From: Guillardia theta CCMP2712
Lineage: Eukaryota; Protista; Cryptophyta
Length of the DNA: 64,000 bases
Reading direction: 5' to 3'
NCBI RefSeq assembly: GCF_000315625.1
Contig: NW_005434592.1
Location: 11,454 to 75,453, forward strand
Shown here piece after piece: positions 25,497-39,149 of the stretch. The notes under the pieces are model-generated. The model was given only the letters and a program-made list of their open reading frames with translations. It did not search any database and had not been told where the DNA came from. A program made the translations under genes and the position numbers. Within the stretch, counting starts at the first letter, position 1. Every line of letters begins with the position of its first letter.

Positions 25497-26262
25497 GCAG
25501 AATCCATTATCAGTGCAGTGAATAAATTGTGAAAAGATCGGCAAGTATGGTCAGCATCTCTTAACTGTTTTTGATTTGAGCAATCTCCTTTTGATTTGGA
25601 GGCATGCTTCGATACAAGACGCAGACTTTCAACATGTGTTTGAACTGTTTCATTCATTCCTTGTGTATTTCTACAAAATCTTAAATTCACATGCAAGCTA
25701 TTTCAGCTTTTCACCATTAAAATTTCTTGATCAATTTCTCGAGCTGGGCATTCAGCTTGGCAGGAAAAATCGATCTTGCGTGCTGCCTCTTCCTAACGGC
25801 ATTGATCACGTTCTGCAGCAAGACGTCCTTGCTCCCTTCAGACCGGATTGCCATAGATTTCTTCCCTGTCAAGCCTTGTTCTTAAACCGCACGAAACAGG
25901 GGCGGTACTCCCTCATTGAGACCGCTCGTGTGCCTGAATCGTGTACAACTGGATCTGTAGTCTTGCGCTGATCTGAACTCAACGTCAAGTCGACGGAGTT
26001 TGCTTGTGCCTCCAGACCGTCCTGGTGTGGTATGCCAAGTCCAACTTGATGACTTTTTCTTTCTGACAATCTGGTTGCGGATGCATTACTTGAATCTCTT
26101 CCCTGAAAGAAGATCTCGCCGATGTAGCTTCCATGATGACTTGAATCTTCTTCTTGAAATAATTTGTCCATGATCTCGTTTCACTGCTTCGTAGATACCT
26201 TTTCCCTCTCTTATTTCTCTCACAAAAGCCCTTTCCACAACGTCGACAATCCTTTCTTGCAA

Positions 26263-26352
26263 GACCTGACCTGACCTGACCTGACCTGACCTGACCTGAC
26301 CTGACCTGACCTGACCTGACCTGACCTGACCTGACCTGACCTGACCTGACCT
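26263..26352. repeat. (GACCT)18 pentamer array
   Basis: 90 nt of perfect 5-mer repeat. Confidence 0.97.
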
Positions 26353-27144
26353 CTGCTCGGCTGTCCTCAGCTGTCCTGAGCAGGCCTTGCTCACCTCACA
26401 GCCCTTTTCCTGACCTCCCCCCTCTTCGGGTCGGATCGTGACGACCCTTTGTCCTGTGGTAAATTAAAGTCATCGAGCATTGCTACAGTGATGTAGTAAA
26501 TATCATCTACCAGTCATCTGGATGACTCAATGTCATGGCCAGGTACCCTAAGCTGTCTGGGTCCTAGGGCTCCTAGGTCACCGGGAATAGCATTAGAAAC
26601 GTTGACATGGCTGATCATGGTCTTGACATGGACCGCTGGATTTTAAGCACACAGTCATGATACCATATGCGGTTCTGAAGTCAGCAGTTTCTATGTTGCT
26701 TGTCAAGACCTATAGGTCTGAGGGAACCCTTGTTTGCCTTGAGGAGAGCCGTCTAAATTCTGACCTTGACTGGGCGACATCCTGCTATGAAGGGGTCAAA
26801 GTGTAGTAAATACGGTTGAAGCGATAGCCGATGTTTCATAAAGGGTCACAGTGTCATCGTTCCATCCAAAGAAGAGCTATTCAATTCTTACCTATGGAGT
26901 CAGCTGCCAAGAGATCAGATAACAAGGCGTTTCATGGATAACCCCCAAATTAAAAAAAGATTGTAACAGGTATGATGACAGTCTGCGTCAGCGGCTGACT
27001 GCGACCCCTCGGCTGCCTCCGCACCCCTATATATACAGCGGAGCTCCCAGTTTTCCAGCACCTTTCACATCCTCTCCAACTTCAACCCCCTCCTTCGATC
27101 CTTCACGTACCTAAACTTCACATTCTCCTCTGTTACTGCCAGAC

Positions 27145-27471
27145 ATGTCAGCGATTTCCCTTCATCAAGAGTCTTCACACAACTCCGATGAGTTCCTCAT
27201 GGAAGACGACCTCTTCTTCTCCGGCAGAGACTCATGGGGTCGAGAGCGGTCCTCTCAGTTGGACAAGAACTTTGACTTAGACGGAGGAGCTCAAGTCAGC
27301 CATGGACGCAAGTACATCTACATCATTGAAGAGAGCATGGTTTTGTCATCTTGCTTCAAGCTGAGGGATGCCGAGTTGCTCCCAGAATCCAGAAAAATTC
27401 TCTGCCACGGACCCGAAGGAATGCTCCTTTCGAACGTCACGGCTTCCCTGAGGAAGAGTAGGAAAATGTAG
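27145..27471 (+). CDS. Hypothetical protein (probably the first exon of a spliced gene)
   Basis: 108-aa ORF preceded by TATATATA (27028-27035) and a pyrimidine-rich leader. Confidence 0.35.
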   Translation: MSAISLHQESSHNSDEFLMEDDLFFSGRDSWGRERSSQLDKNFDLDGGAQVSHGRKYIYIIEESMVLSSCFKLRDAELLPESRKILCHGPEGMLLSNVTASLRKSRKM

Positions 27472-28694
27472 AAAATGCGCAAGAAAATGTGTATCATAGC
27501 ATTGTTTCAATAAACCCATGGATACCAAAGACGACTGCATCAATGTATCTTTGATTCATTTCTTCATAATTCAATTTATGAGCCACACGAATTTCTGAGG
27601 CGAAAAAACTTCGCTAGCAAGCTTAATGTAATGATAGGAATCTATTCTCAGAATGCTCACTCGGATGAAATGAATTCTTTGTTGAGGACCAAGAAATTTA
27701 TTGAATTTTCGTCTGTATCGGGAAATTAGCGACGGATTTCTATCGAATACCCCCCAAGAACGCTGCACAAGCAGTCAGTTGAGGGTTTGCGAGGTGGGTG
27801 AGGTTGCTGACTCATTCCTTTGAGCATTACTCCGTTGCCTGATGTGTACATTACGATACGATGATTTTCTTTTTTACTCTGATGTAGTATTCCGATTTCG
27901 CACCATTTTCTCACACCTCCTATGTAGATTGAACTCAATATTTTCAGCATCACTCTTGTTTAATTTTTCTACGATTGTTTGATTAGTAATGCCATCTCTA
28001 CAAAAGAATAATTTCTCATTGAAAATGATGCTTTAGATTACATTATTCGTTGAAGATGACGCTTTCAAGTGTACTTGGATTCAAGATTCTCAGTTATTTG
28101 CCTAAATCTTCATTCACAATAAAGTTCATCAAAATTACAAGGGTCCTCTCCACCAGCCCATCCCCCTCCAAGATATCCGGTACCATCATCCTCTCCATGG
28201 CCATCTTGTAAGTATATATCCTGGAGCGAGTGGGCACAATCAGCTCAAGAAGAAGCATTTGATGGTGTTTATGGAACAAACACAGCAGAGGTGGTTGACG
28301 GATTGGAGCAGAGTGTTCGAAGGATGAGAGCTAAAACGACAGTGCGACAGCAAGCTCACCAGCATCGTCGTCTTCGTGGGCGCTTTCTCCACGAGCCTCC
28401 TCAAGAGCGAGAACATAGTCCACCTTGCCGACCTCCAGACGCGAGCAGGTATGAGGGGTCACCTCGATATGGAAATAGGGGGTAGGGTCCTTGTTACGTC
28501 GATGTTCAACCATAATCGCATCTCCGGTATTCTTTGCTTTGCTGCCTTTCAACTGATTCTATTTAGGATACTGAGGCGATGCGACTCAACTAGGCGAGAT
28601 TACGATGAAGAGGCGGGCCCACGGCTTCTGTTGGAAGGTCTGATAACAAGTATGAAAATGGGGGGTGGGGGTAGTGCCTTTGTGTCTTAAGGCC

Positions 28695-30204
28695 ATGATG
28701 ATCTCGAAGCCCGGGATGCTTGCAGTCTTGATGGCAGCGAATGCGCTGGCTTTCTCCCCAGGCTCCTCTTTCATGCACAACGCCATCACTCCTGCAGCAA
28801 GAGCACGGCTCTGGCCTACCGGAGTCAGGAGGAGCCTCTCCTGCGGCCCTCGCTTCCTGATGGTCGCCCAGGAAGACTCTGCGTTGAGCTCGGCGAGGAG
28901 GAAGTTCACCATTGGGAGCTTCTCCGCCGCTGCACTCGCCACGTTTGGTCCTCCTGCAAGAAATGCCATGGCAGAGAGCCAAGTGGCCGCTGCTGTCGAG
29001 TTCAACCAGCTGGGCGGGGACTTACCATGCTGCAAGGTACTCACCGGGATGTGGCAACTGTCAGGTGCGCATGGGTACAGACCGGACAAGGTGAAGACGG
29101 TGGAAGCCATGAAGAAACATGTTGAAGCTGGCTTCACCACCTTCGATCTTGCCGACCATTATGGAAATGCAGAGCTCATGACGGCCCTCTTCCGGAAAGA
29201 GCACCCTGAGCTCTGGGCGAAGTCTCAGTTCTATACCAAGTGGGTCCCGATGCCCGGCGACATGAAACGAAGTGTGGTTGAGAAGGCTGTCAACGAGCGG
29301 TTGAAGAGAATGGGCACGGAAAAGCTTGATCTCCTTCAATTTCATTGGTGGGATTACGGGAGCAAGAACCAGTACATGGAAGCCCTCAAGCACATGCAGG
29401 ACATGGTGGATGAAGGGAAGATCAATCACCTCGCCCTCACGAATTTCGACACGCAGAACTTGGAGTCGATTGTGAATGGGGGGATCAAGATCGTCTCGAA
29501 TCAGGTGCAGTACAGCATCATCGATCAGCGACCACAGAAGTTCATGGCTCCTTTCTGCTCTAAGAATGATATCAAGTTGCTCGCATACGGCACGGTTTGC
29601 GGAGGTTTCCTGACAGATAAATATGTCGGCCACAAGAAACTGAAGAACGAAGATTTCGACACGGTCTCTAAGCAGAAGTATTACAACATGATCCGCGCTT
29701 GGGGCGGCTGGGATCTGTTTCAGGTCGTCGAGCACACCCCAAGGGATCATCCTGGGTTAAGTTGTCTTGCAGGAACTTCTTGCCAAGATGAAGATCGTTG
29801 CTGACAAGCATGGCGTCTCGGTTGCTAACGTGGCTCAAAGGTATTTGAATTGACCTTGCAATGTCTGGTCGGATCACAAGTGAGCAGATGGGTCATCGAC
29901 CAGCCCTCCACGGGAGGAGCGATCGTCGGAGCTCGCCTGGGGCTTCAAGAGCATATCGACGACAACTTGCGGTGAGCTCCGCAATCAGGATCCTGCCGCT
30001 CTTGCGGCGCTAGGAGCTGGGCAGTGACTTGGATCAACCTTCAGGGTATTTGGCTTCAAACTGGACAAGGAAGATTTTGATCTGATAGCTTCGGTTACAT
30101 CTCAATCTAACGACTTGTTCAAGGTCGTTCTTTTTGGTTGTGCCATTGCAAGATTGATGAGATTTCAGGTCATCGGCGACTGCGGCGATGAATACCGCGG
30201 ATGA
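28695..30204 (+). CDS. Aldo-keto reductase, probably plastid-targeted
   Basis: LTGMWQLSG, FTTFDLADHYG, TKW, LDLLQFHWW, SNQVQYSIID, LLAYGTVCGGFL and C-terminal GDCGDEYR; bipartite leader MMISKPGMLAVLMAANALA-FSP. Confidence 0.92.
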
Positions 30205-30292
30205 TGGCTGCATTACAGGATGTTTGTATTTGTATTGAAGATTTTGAGAGTGATGGTATCGACCAACCGATCTTGTGCGGTGTGCTGGGAAT

Positions 30293-31224
30293 CTAGACGA
30301 CGTCGACGACTCCACAACCCTCGATGTACTCCAATTTTCCTGTTTCACGTCAGCAAAGTCAAACGGTCGAGTCGTTCGACTACCTCGCAGCATCTCGTCA
30401 CGGTACTTCTCCAAGTAGCTGCAGCAAGAGGGTCACTGCGACTGTCGTTGCACAAGAAGCAACGATTACGATGCGAGAGATGGCGACTCGACCATCCCCA
30501 ACCCCTCGCCTGAACCAGTCGTGTCATCCTACGGTGCGGGCAGCAGCAGCAGCAGGAGCAGCAGCAGCAGACTCACTTTTGCTCCATGTAGAAACGCCCT
30601 TCTCATGCAACACAAGATACTGCAACGTCACAATCAAACTTGAAGAATCTCCGAGCGATCGCTGGCAGCGAAAGCAAGATGCAAGAAGCTTACGTCTCCC
30701 TCTCCGTCGATTGCGAATGGGACCATGCCCCCTCCCCCCTTCCATGTGACATCAGCAGCCTCGTACGCAGGTATTCTGGCATTCCCCCCGGAGGAGCCAT
30801 ACCTTGTCCGAGCTGAGGATCTCGGACCTTGCTTCCAGAATCTTCTTGGCAGACCTGGAGGAGAGCTGAGAAACAATCTCTCCCTTGAGACAGAACCCTC
30901 ACAAGGTCGTTGACGAGTAGACCGGCATGTTTCCGTCGTGAGCCAGCAGGAGCGACTGCAGGAGCAGAGCTCAGACCTCGGAGCCCAACGGGAACCATAG
31001 GTGACCTTGAGCACAGAGTCGATCTGCCCCCCCTCCAAAGAGCTCTCGAGCTCCTTGATCGCATCGTCAGAGGCTGGGGGCGTTTGAGCGTAGACGTTCC
31101 CTACGGGTTGCGTCAATAGAAATCTTGATGCCTCCTCCTGCCTTCGCTCACCGAGCTCCTCACAATTCGATTTGAACCATGTCTCCAGGTCCAGCAGGCA
31201 CTGGGTGACCTCCTCGTCCGTCAT
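30293..31224 (-). CDS. SMI1/KNR4-like domain protein (multi-exon)
   Basis: PPASDDAIKELESSL...LLAHDG...VPFAIDGEGD...YLEKYRDEML matches the SMI1/KNR4 pattern. Confidence 0.6.
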
Positions 31225-31356
31225 GTCCCCTTGCCTGGTGTTGTGCATGGCTGGTATTGAGCCCTGTCTTCTGACATCATGATGCGTGCACGCTGACTCG
31301 AGGAGTGATGGGGAATGCAGAGAGGAAGAAGCGTTTGAAACGCAGAGGAGGAGGAG

Positions 31357-31666
<310 letters not shown>

Positions 31667-31960
31667 TTGGTCGTTCACCTTGGAAACCTCCATGGCTGCG
31701 CGTTCTTTTCACTCATCCATCAGGCCTGCCTCATGGAATCGGTCGAACTCAGACGAGCCCGCCTCGTCCTCTATTTCCATCCCCCCCGATGAAAACATGA
31801 TCAGGCAGGAGGGACAGGAGGAGAGAGGAGGAGGGGAGGAAGGGGAGGAAGGGAGCACATGGTTGAGGGGGAGGGGGAAGCGTATCGAGACAGAGGATGG
31901 TGCCGTCTAGCTCGTTCAACGTGGATGTAGAAGGTTGAGGCAAACCATCGTCAGGCTGGA

Positions 31961-34718
31961 ATGTTCCCACAAAGAGGCCTGGCCCGAGTCAACTCCAACC
32001 ATGTCCACCTCATCGCAAGCGTGCAGCTCGTCCTGCTGCTTGTATCATGCTCTGGCGAACTTATGGCGAACGTCTCGGACGCCGCGAACTTCACGACTGT
32101 TCCGTGGAACCAGACAACCCCCGAGCCCAACGCTGCCAGTACAAGTCGACCCAATGAGACCGTCGGAGAAGCGATCTCGGCGTCAAGTCGACCCAATGAG
32201 ACCGTCGGAGAAGCGATCTCGGCGTCAAGTCGACCCAATGAGACCGTCGGAGAAGCGATCTCGGCGTCAACGCCGCCCCCGCTCATCGGCGCATGCGAGA
32301 ACTCGAGCATCGCAGGGCTCTCGCGGACAAACGGGCCGACATCGGGAGGATTCGCCGTCACGCTCCTTGGAAGATTCCTGGGGACATCAAACGACTCAGC
32401 TGTGCAGGTCAGGTTTGGCTCGCAGAGTTCAGGGGAGGTAACGTGGCAGTCGGACACGTCCATCGTTGCACAAGTTCCTGCCGGTTTCAGCGATCTGGGG
32501 TCAGCATTGCGCATCGACACAGGGCAGGATTGCTACATCGAGAATGTCCCTCGTACCTTCAACAATGTGTTCTCCTACGACCGTCCCATGATAAGCAGGA
32601 TGCAAACAGCCAGCAGCGTGTCAACGGAAGGAGGAGCGAAGGCTACTATCACCGGGATGAACTTCGGGCTCGGTGACTTCACTCCCGTGATGCTGGTGGA
32701 CTCCTTCTACAAGGGCTACGAGGCATGCAGCACGCGATGGGTCAGCGACTCGTCTTTGATCAGCATCTTGCCGCCCGGAGTAGGAAGGGGAAGGACGATC
32801 AGGCTGGAGGTGGGAGGCGTGGAGGCAAGCCAGGTGTGCACTGCAGATAACCAGTCGTCTGCCACCGCGATGAATGGAAGCTCCGTCCAGCACCCTTGCT
32901 TCACAGTGAACTACTCGGCTCCAGCCATCCTGGATGTCAACCCGAAGTTGGGGCCGTATGTTGGGGAGCAGACGCTGACTGTGGGAGGATCGGACTTCGG
33001 GCCGGAGCCTCCGGCTGGAGCTGATGGGCCAACAATACAGGTGGGTGAGAGGAGGTGCCAGCAGACAAGTTGGGTTTCGCAGACCAGCGCTCTGTGCAAG
33101 ATCAGTGGAGGAACGGGAACGTTTCTGCCCCTCAAGGTACTTGTGCAGCAGCAGCCCCCTCCCCTGCCTCCTGCTAACTCGTTTCAGATCGATGTCGGCA
33201 ACCAGAGCAGCGGAGCAGCCGCGCGATTGGAGGGAGGAGTCAACCTGCTATCGTTCACGTTCGTCAACGTGTCTGGCCCGCTGTCGGTCGTGATCGAGCC
33301 CAACCAGGACGTGGGTGACAAGGTATGACTTGCTGCCCACTCTTCTCCTTCAGACGTGGTTGCTGATGCCCCGATAGAAACGGCTGGCTGAAAAGTTCAA
33401 GGATGACCTGGCCTACCTCCTCTTCGGGTTCTGCGCTGGAATATCTCCAAGGGCGGAGGCTTGTGGAGATTACATCAGGGCGGAGCAGGTCCAAGTCGTG
33501 GACACGTCTCTGCAACGGAGGAAGGAGGAACATTTCCTGTGGAGCAGAGAAAGAAGAGGAGGAGGAGGAGGAGGAGGAGGAGGAGGAGGAGGAGGGACCG
33601 TGGAGGANNNNNNNNNNNNNNNNNNNNNNNNNNNNNNNNNNNNNNNNNNNNNNNNNNNNNNNNNNNNNNNNNNNNNNNNNNNNNNNNNNNNNNNNNNNNN
33701 NNNNNNNTCCCCTCCCCTCCTCCCTTTCTCCTCTCCTACCCTCTTCTGCTCCCCAGCACTTACTCATCGTCTCCTCCCCTACCCTCCACGCAAGGTCGTC
33801 CTCGGCGACGGCGGCGACGAGGATGACAACAACAACGACCACCGCCACGGCGAAGACCTCGACCATCACCCTCCCTCCAGAAGGAGGCGCCCATGTCGCC
33901 CACCCCCCCACCGACGCCCTCCTCCTCCTCCTCCTCCTCCTCCTCCTCCTCCTCCTCCTTTGCCCCCTTACATCTCTGCCGCCCCTCCCTGCTGCTGGCC
34001 TGCTCCCCACCACACCCCTCAGCCGTTCCTCGTGACTCGACAGACAGGCCGAGCGCGTACAACTCGCTGCCGTGCAGCGGGCGAGGGGAGTGCGTAGGAG
34101 GAGGATGCGTGTGCTCCGCTGGCTTCTCTGGGGAGCTGTGCGACATGCGCGCCTCCTTCTCAAGGCAAGTGATCAACGAGATCTCCTCCGTGACGTTCCT
34201 CCTTGCCCTTGCCATCCTCCTCGCCTCCGTCACCGCGCACGCACTTGCCTGGTTTGTGATCACAGGGATGTACAACATCGAGGTAAAAGAGGACGGAGGC
34301 GTGAGAAAGAAGATGTATCAGATGGGAGAGAGGAAGGAAGTGCAGTTGTAGGACTGGAGAGGGAGGAGGAGGAGGAGGAGGAGAGGGAAGAGGAAGATGA
34401 CGATGGGGGCAGATGGTGGTAACGGGGGACCACTGGTCTTTCTTGCTTCATATTCAATTCGTCTCCATCACCAGCCTCTTGGCCACGGAAGTGCCTCAGC
34501 AATACCTCGACTGGGCTTCGAGCTTCCGCCCCATGAACGGCCAACTTGATCCCAAGCAGGTGGCTGGGTGGATCGGATACGAGTGGCCCCAAGGTGAAGG
34601 AGGAAGGGAGTTGATTGCCTTGCGGAATGAGCCTGCACCCCCTGGCCTCTTCCTTACCTTATCCTTACCTCCTCTCATCATCATCATTATCATCATCATC
34701 GAAATCCTCCTCCTCATA

Positions 34719-34751
<33 letters not shown>

Positions 34752-37226
34752 ATCTTCCTACCTCCCCAACGTCTTCTCTTCCTCTTCTTTCCTCTTCTCT
34801 TCCTCTTCTTTCCTCTCTTACCCTCGTCGCCATCTTCTACTTGCACATGTGACATATGGTCCTCAGGGATTATCTTCACGGGGTTCTGTCAGGCATATCA
34901 AAACACGTCAGCCCAGCTAGACACCAACTCAACGATCTCATCAGAGCAGGTGGCCCTCGAAGACACTTTCAGACTTTTCCTTGGGACCTGCACTACCAGC
35001 ATCGTCCTCCTCCTCCTTGTCTGCTGCTCTAGAGTGTTGGCCGCCTCTCTCAGGGTTTCCATTATCCGCTGGAAGAGGAGGCGGCAGAAGGCGAGGCAGA
35101 AGAAGATGCGGGAAGAGGAGGAGGAGGCGGAGGCGGAGGCGGCAAAAATGATGCTAAATCAGGACGAGCAGACAAGCATGACTGTGATTGATGAGAAGCT
35201 CACGGCTCGAGTGTCGGGCAGAAGCTTCGGGCTGAGTTGGAGGCTATCGGGTAAGAGCAAACAAGGGAAGGAGAGAGCAGACGCTGACAAGGCGGCTGGA
35301 GGAGGGGACGAGAAGGAAACGGAGAACTGCCAAGATCCGAAGCTGGCTGCGGAAGGAGGGGCGGAGGAGGGCCAAAATGCGAACGAGAAGGAGGAGGAGG
35401 AGGAGGAGGAGGAGGAGATTCCTGTCTCCATGGCGCTTCGGTTCCCCAAGTGGGAGCTCCCTGTCCTCGCTTTCCTTGCCACAGGCCTGAGCACGAGTAC
35501 AGGGATGCTGATCAACGCGGCAGTGAGCATGCGCTGCTTCCCCCTCCTCGGCTTCGTCATCGTCCTGGCCGTCTGCATCCTCTTCGTCGTCTGGCTCTTC
35601 TCCAGGCTCCGCAAGCACTTCGTCAGCAGGCCGGCGGTGTGGTGGCACCGGAATCGACTCAAGGATGCGGAGGAGGGAGTGGCTGCGGCGAAGCATGCGA
35701 GCTCCCGCCAGTTCCGACACAAGTGTCTGGCTGATTACTTCGATGCCCTGCAGACGAGCGGGTGGTGGGAGGATGCGGTTGGGATCAAAAGGGAGGGCAA
35801 GGAGGAGGAGGACGTTGAGGAGGGGAAGGGAAAGAGCCCGTCGGGCGTCCCGTCCGACTATCGGGGAGACGCGGATGAACAGGAGAAGTTGAAGGTGGCG
35901 GGGGAAGGGGAGGGGGCCGAGGAGAGCATGAAGAAGATTGTGGAGATCGTTCGGACCATCGTGCAGGAAGCAGCACTTGTGCCAGCTCTGTACCTGCGGA
36001 GCAGGGAGGGGAGCGAGAACGCAAGACTATGCTCGACCTTCGACGAATTCCTTCTCACTGCCAGAGACCGACTCAAGTAGGACGCCTGACTTGCCGGCAA
36101 CTCTCCGCCCGCCTCCTCCTCCCCTTCGCATCTCCTGTTTCCCTTTTCTCTCTCCATCCCCTTCCCCTTCTCCTCCCTCCTGCCCTTGTCCGTCTCTTCC
36201 CTCTTCCCTCCCTACCCCCATCCCCTTCTCTCGTTCCTCGCTCTCCTGTCTTCGGACTTGTGACATCTGATACATCTGATTCTGATACAACTGATTCTCC
36301 TCTGTGCAGGAACGTAATCGGCAACCTCGCTGCGCGTCAACTTAAATCCATCGCAATCACAAGTGAAGTGATCGCACAGGTTGTGAGAATCTGGAAAAAG
36401 CAACATGTCCTTCTCATCTCACATCATTTTATCTCATCGCACCTCATTCACCTCACCTCATCTCACCTCATCTCATCTCATCTCATCTCATCTCATCTCA
36501 TAATGTCACATCCATTTGCAAAGATTGACCACCGGTTGCAGACTTGGACGGAGTTTGCAACTGATCTGCTTTGGCCGTCAAACTATGATGCATATTACCG
36601 AACCGTAAGAGACGAGATTCTCCTCCCCTCTTCCCCTCCTCCCCTCGCCTCGCTCCCTTCATTCACCTCTCCTCTCCTCCTCTCCTCCTCTCCTCCTCTC
36701 CTCGCCTCTTCCCTCTTTCTTTTCCCTCACTCTACTCTCCTCTTCTCTCCCTCCCGTTCTCCTCACCGCTTCCTTCTCCTCTCCTTCCCTTTCTCTTCCT
36801 CTCCTCACTTCTTCTCCTCAGGTCTACTCGGACTGGGATCCTGACATCGTTCACGTCAACGAGTCCGTCCTCGTCTCCCTCAAGGAGACTCTCTGTCGCC
36901 TCAAGGAAGGCTCGCAGATCGTCATCGTTNNNNNNNNNNNNNNNNNNNNNNNNNNNNNNNNNNNNNNNNNNNNNNNNNNNNNNNNNNNNNNNNNNNNNNN
37001 NNNNNNNNNNNNNNNNNNNNNNNNNNNNNATAGCTTGCAGGTGAGGGTCTGAATGCCAGCGGATTAGCTCCGTCTTCTGCAATAATTATGCTTTATAACA
37101 ACAATCAAAGCGTTCGTGCTACTCATGTCATCGATCGACGACTCACTAATAATATAGTGCATGCATCAAGGTGGATGAGGATAGAACAGGAGCAGAAGGA
37201 ACGAAAGAAGGAATAGGAATGAGCAG

Positions 37227-37299
<73 letters not shown>

Positions 37300-39106
37300 A
37301 GCAGCGGCTGCTACTGCGGTGGCAGGGAGGAGGAGCAGAAAGGAGGAGCGGAAAGGAGGAGGAGGCTATGGACGGTTCATGACAGACGTTTGAACAGGGA
37401 CGGGAGCTTGTGCCGGGGCTCTCAACGGGTGGGAGCAGGGGGTGGTTCTCGTTCTCGTCAACATCCCCTGCGTTGTCCTCCTGGCCGCCAAGAGGCCGTA
37501 CAAGAACCGTCTGCAGGTCAGGAGGAAGGCAGCGAGGGAAGGAGGGGAAGAAGCTGGGGAGAGGGACAGAGGGACGTAGGGAGGCGGGAAGGAGGAACAA
37601 GGGAGGAAGGAGAAAGAAAGAGTGACGAAGGAAAAGGCAGTGAGAGGATGGGGGAAGGAGCAAGGGAGAGAGTGAGCGAGCGAAATGAGGGTGATGGGGG
37701 AGGGGGGAGGGGGGAGAGGAAGGCGGGGGTGGGAGGGAGGAGGGAGGAAAGGAGGAGCTCCCGAGCTCACGGAGGGATATGCAGAATTTGAAGCAGCTGG
37801 TGACTGCGAGCATGCGACTCTACCTCCTCCGTGAGACCCTCGCCCGCTGCAGAGAGGAGGCCTGCGACTGACCCACTGCAGTTCTCTCGTGCTACCTCAT
37901 TCAGCACGAGCCCAGCTACGTCTCCACTGAGAGCAACCCAGCAGCCAACGGTGAGCAGGCTTCCAGCTGTTATCGAGCTGACGCTGTCGCCCCTTCTGCA
38001 GAGGCGACATTCATCATCATCCTCGTCATCTGCGCGGCGATCGAAGCGGTGGAGAGAGAGGGAGGGGAGGATGCGAGTGGAGGATGGGGAAGGAGGGGGG
38101 GGTGAGGGAGGAGTAAGATGAGAGCGAGGGAGCGAGGGACGGAGGAGGAAGGGTCGGGAGGGACGACAAGGAGAGACGGGAGGAGTAACATAAGAATATG
38201 GAAGGAGGGACGGGAGGGACGGGGGGATGGGATGGATGGAAGGGAAAGGAAGGGAATGGAAGGGAAGGGAAGGGAAGGGAGGGACGGGCATCGGCTGATC
38301 CAGCCTGGCAGGTCTCGCCGATCTTGGGCTGCATCCGAGCATACATGGCGATCCTCCTAGTGATCACAGGGCTGATGGATCGGCTGCAAGCCAAGTCAGA
38401 CTGGAGTCTGATTTCTCGCTGGCTGCTCGGAGCGATGAGGACGAGGTGGATGCCGTCCTGCTGCCAACTAGACCTCTTCCTCCTCGCGATCCTTCCTCCC
38501 CCTGTCGTCCGCTCTTGCCTGTTGTTGTCTCTCCTCCTCTGTGGGCCCTGCTTGATCTCCCGCCCTTGAGATTCTGATCCACCTCTCTCTCATTCCCTCC
38601 CCATCTCTTCCTCCCCCTGTCTTCTCCTCTGACTCTTTCCTCTCCTTGCTCAGGACCGCCTTGTACCTCAACGCTAAGGGGCTGAAGCGGCAAAACTTGC
38701 CCTGGTCTGTCATCCGCAACCGCTACAGGAGCCTGTATTCTCCAAAATCCTCTCCTGCTCCTCCTTTTTGTCATCCTCCCCCTCCCCCCTTTCTCCTCCT
38801 CCTCCTCCTCCTCCTCCTCCTCCTCCTCCTCCTCCTCCTCCTCCTCCTCCTCCTCCTCCTCCTCTTCCTCCTCCTCCTCCTCCTCCTCCTCCTCCTCCTC
38901 CTCCTCCTCCTCCTCCTCCTCCTCACCGACCACGCAGACAACTCGCGAGCATCACTCCCCGGAGCCTCCGGAGCCACGAGATGCCAGCAGAGGAGGAGAG
39001 CAGGGAGAACATGGACTTTGCGGAGGATGCCGAGGCGATTCGAAAGTGGTTATCCATCTACGGTATGCGCTCAAGGAGGAGGAGGGGGGGGAGGAACAGG
39101 AGGACA

Positions 39107-39149
<43 letters not shown>

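Noticed and set aside
27480-28290. Viral or foreign AT-rich insertion
   Set aside because: Only short ORFs without recognisable motifs; equally consistent with introns or UTR.
37366-37520. Separate minus-strand gene after the second gap
   Set aside because: The plus strand gives a well-bounded exon (GWEQGVVLVLVNIPCVVLLAAKRPYKNRLQ) consistent with the large membrane protein.
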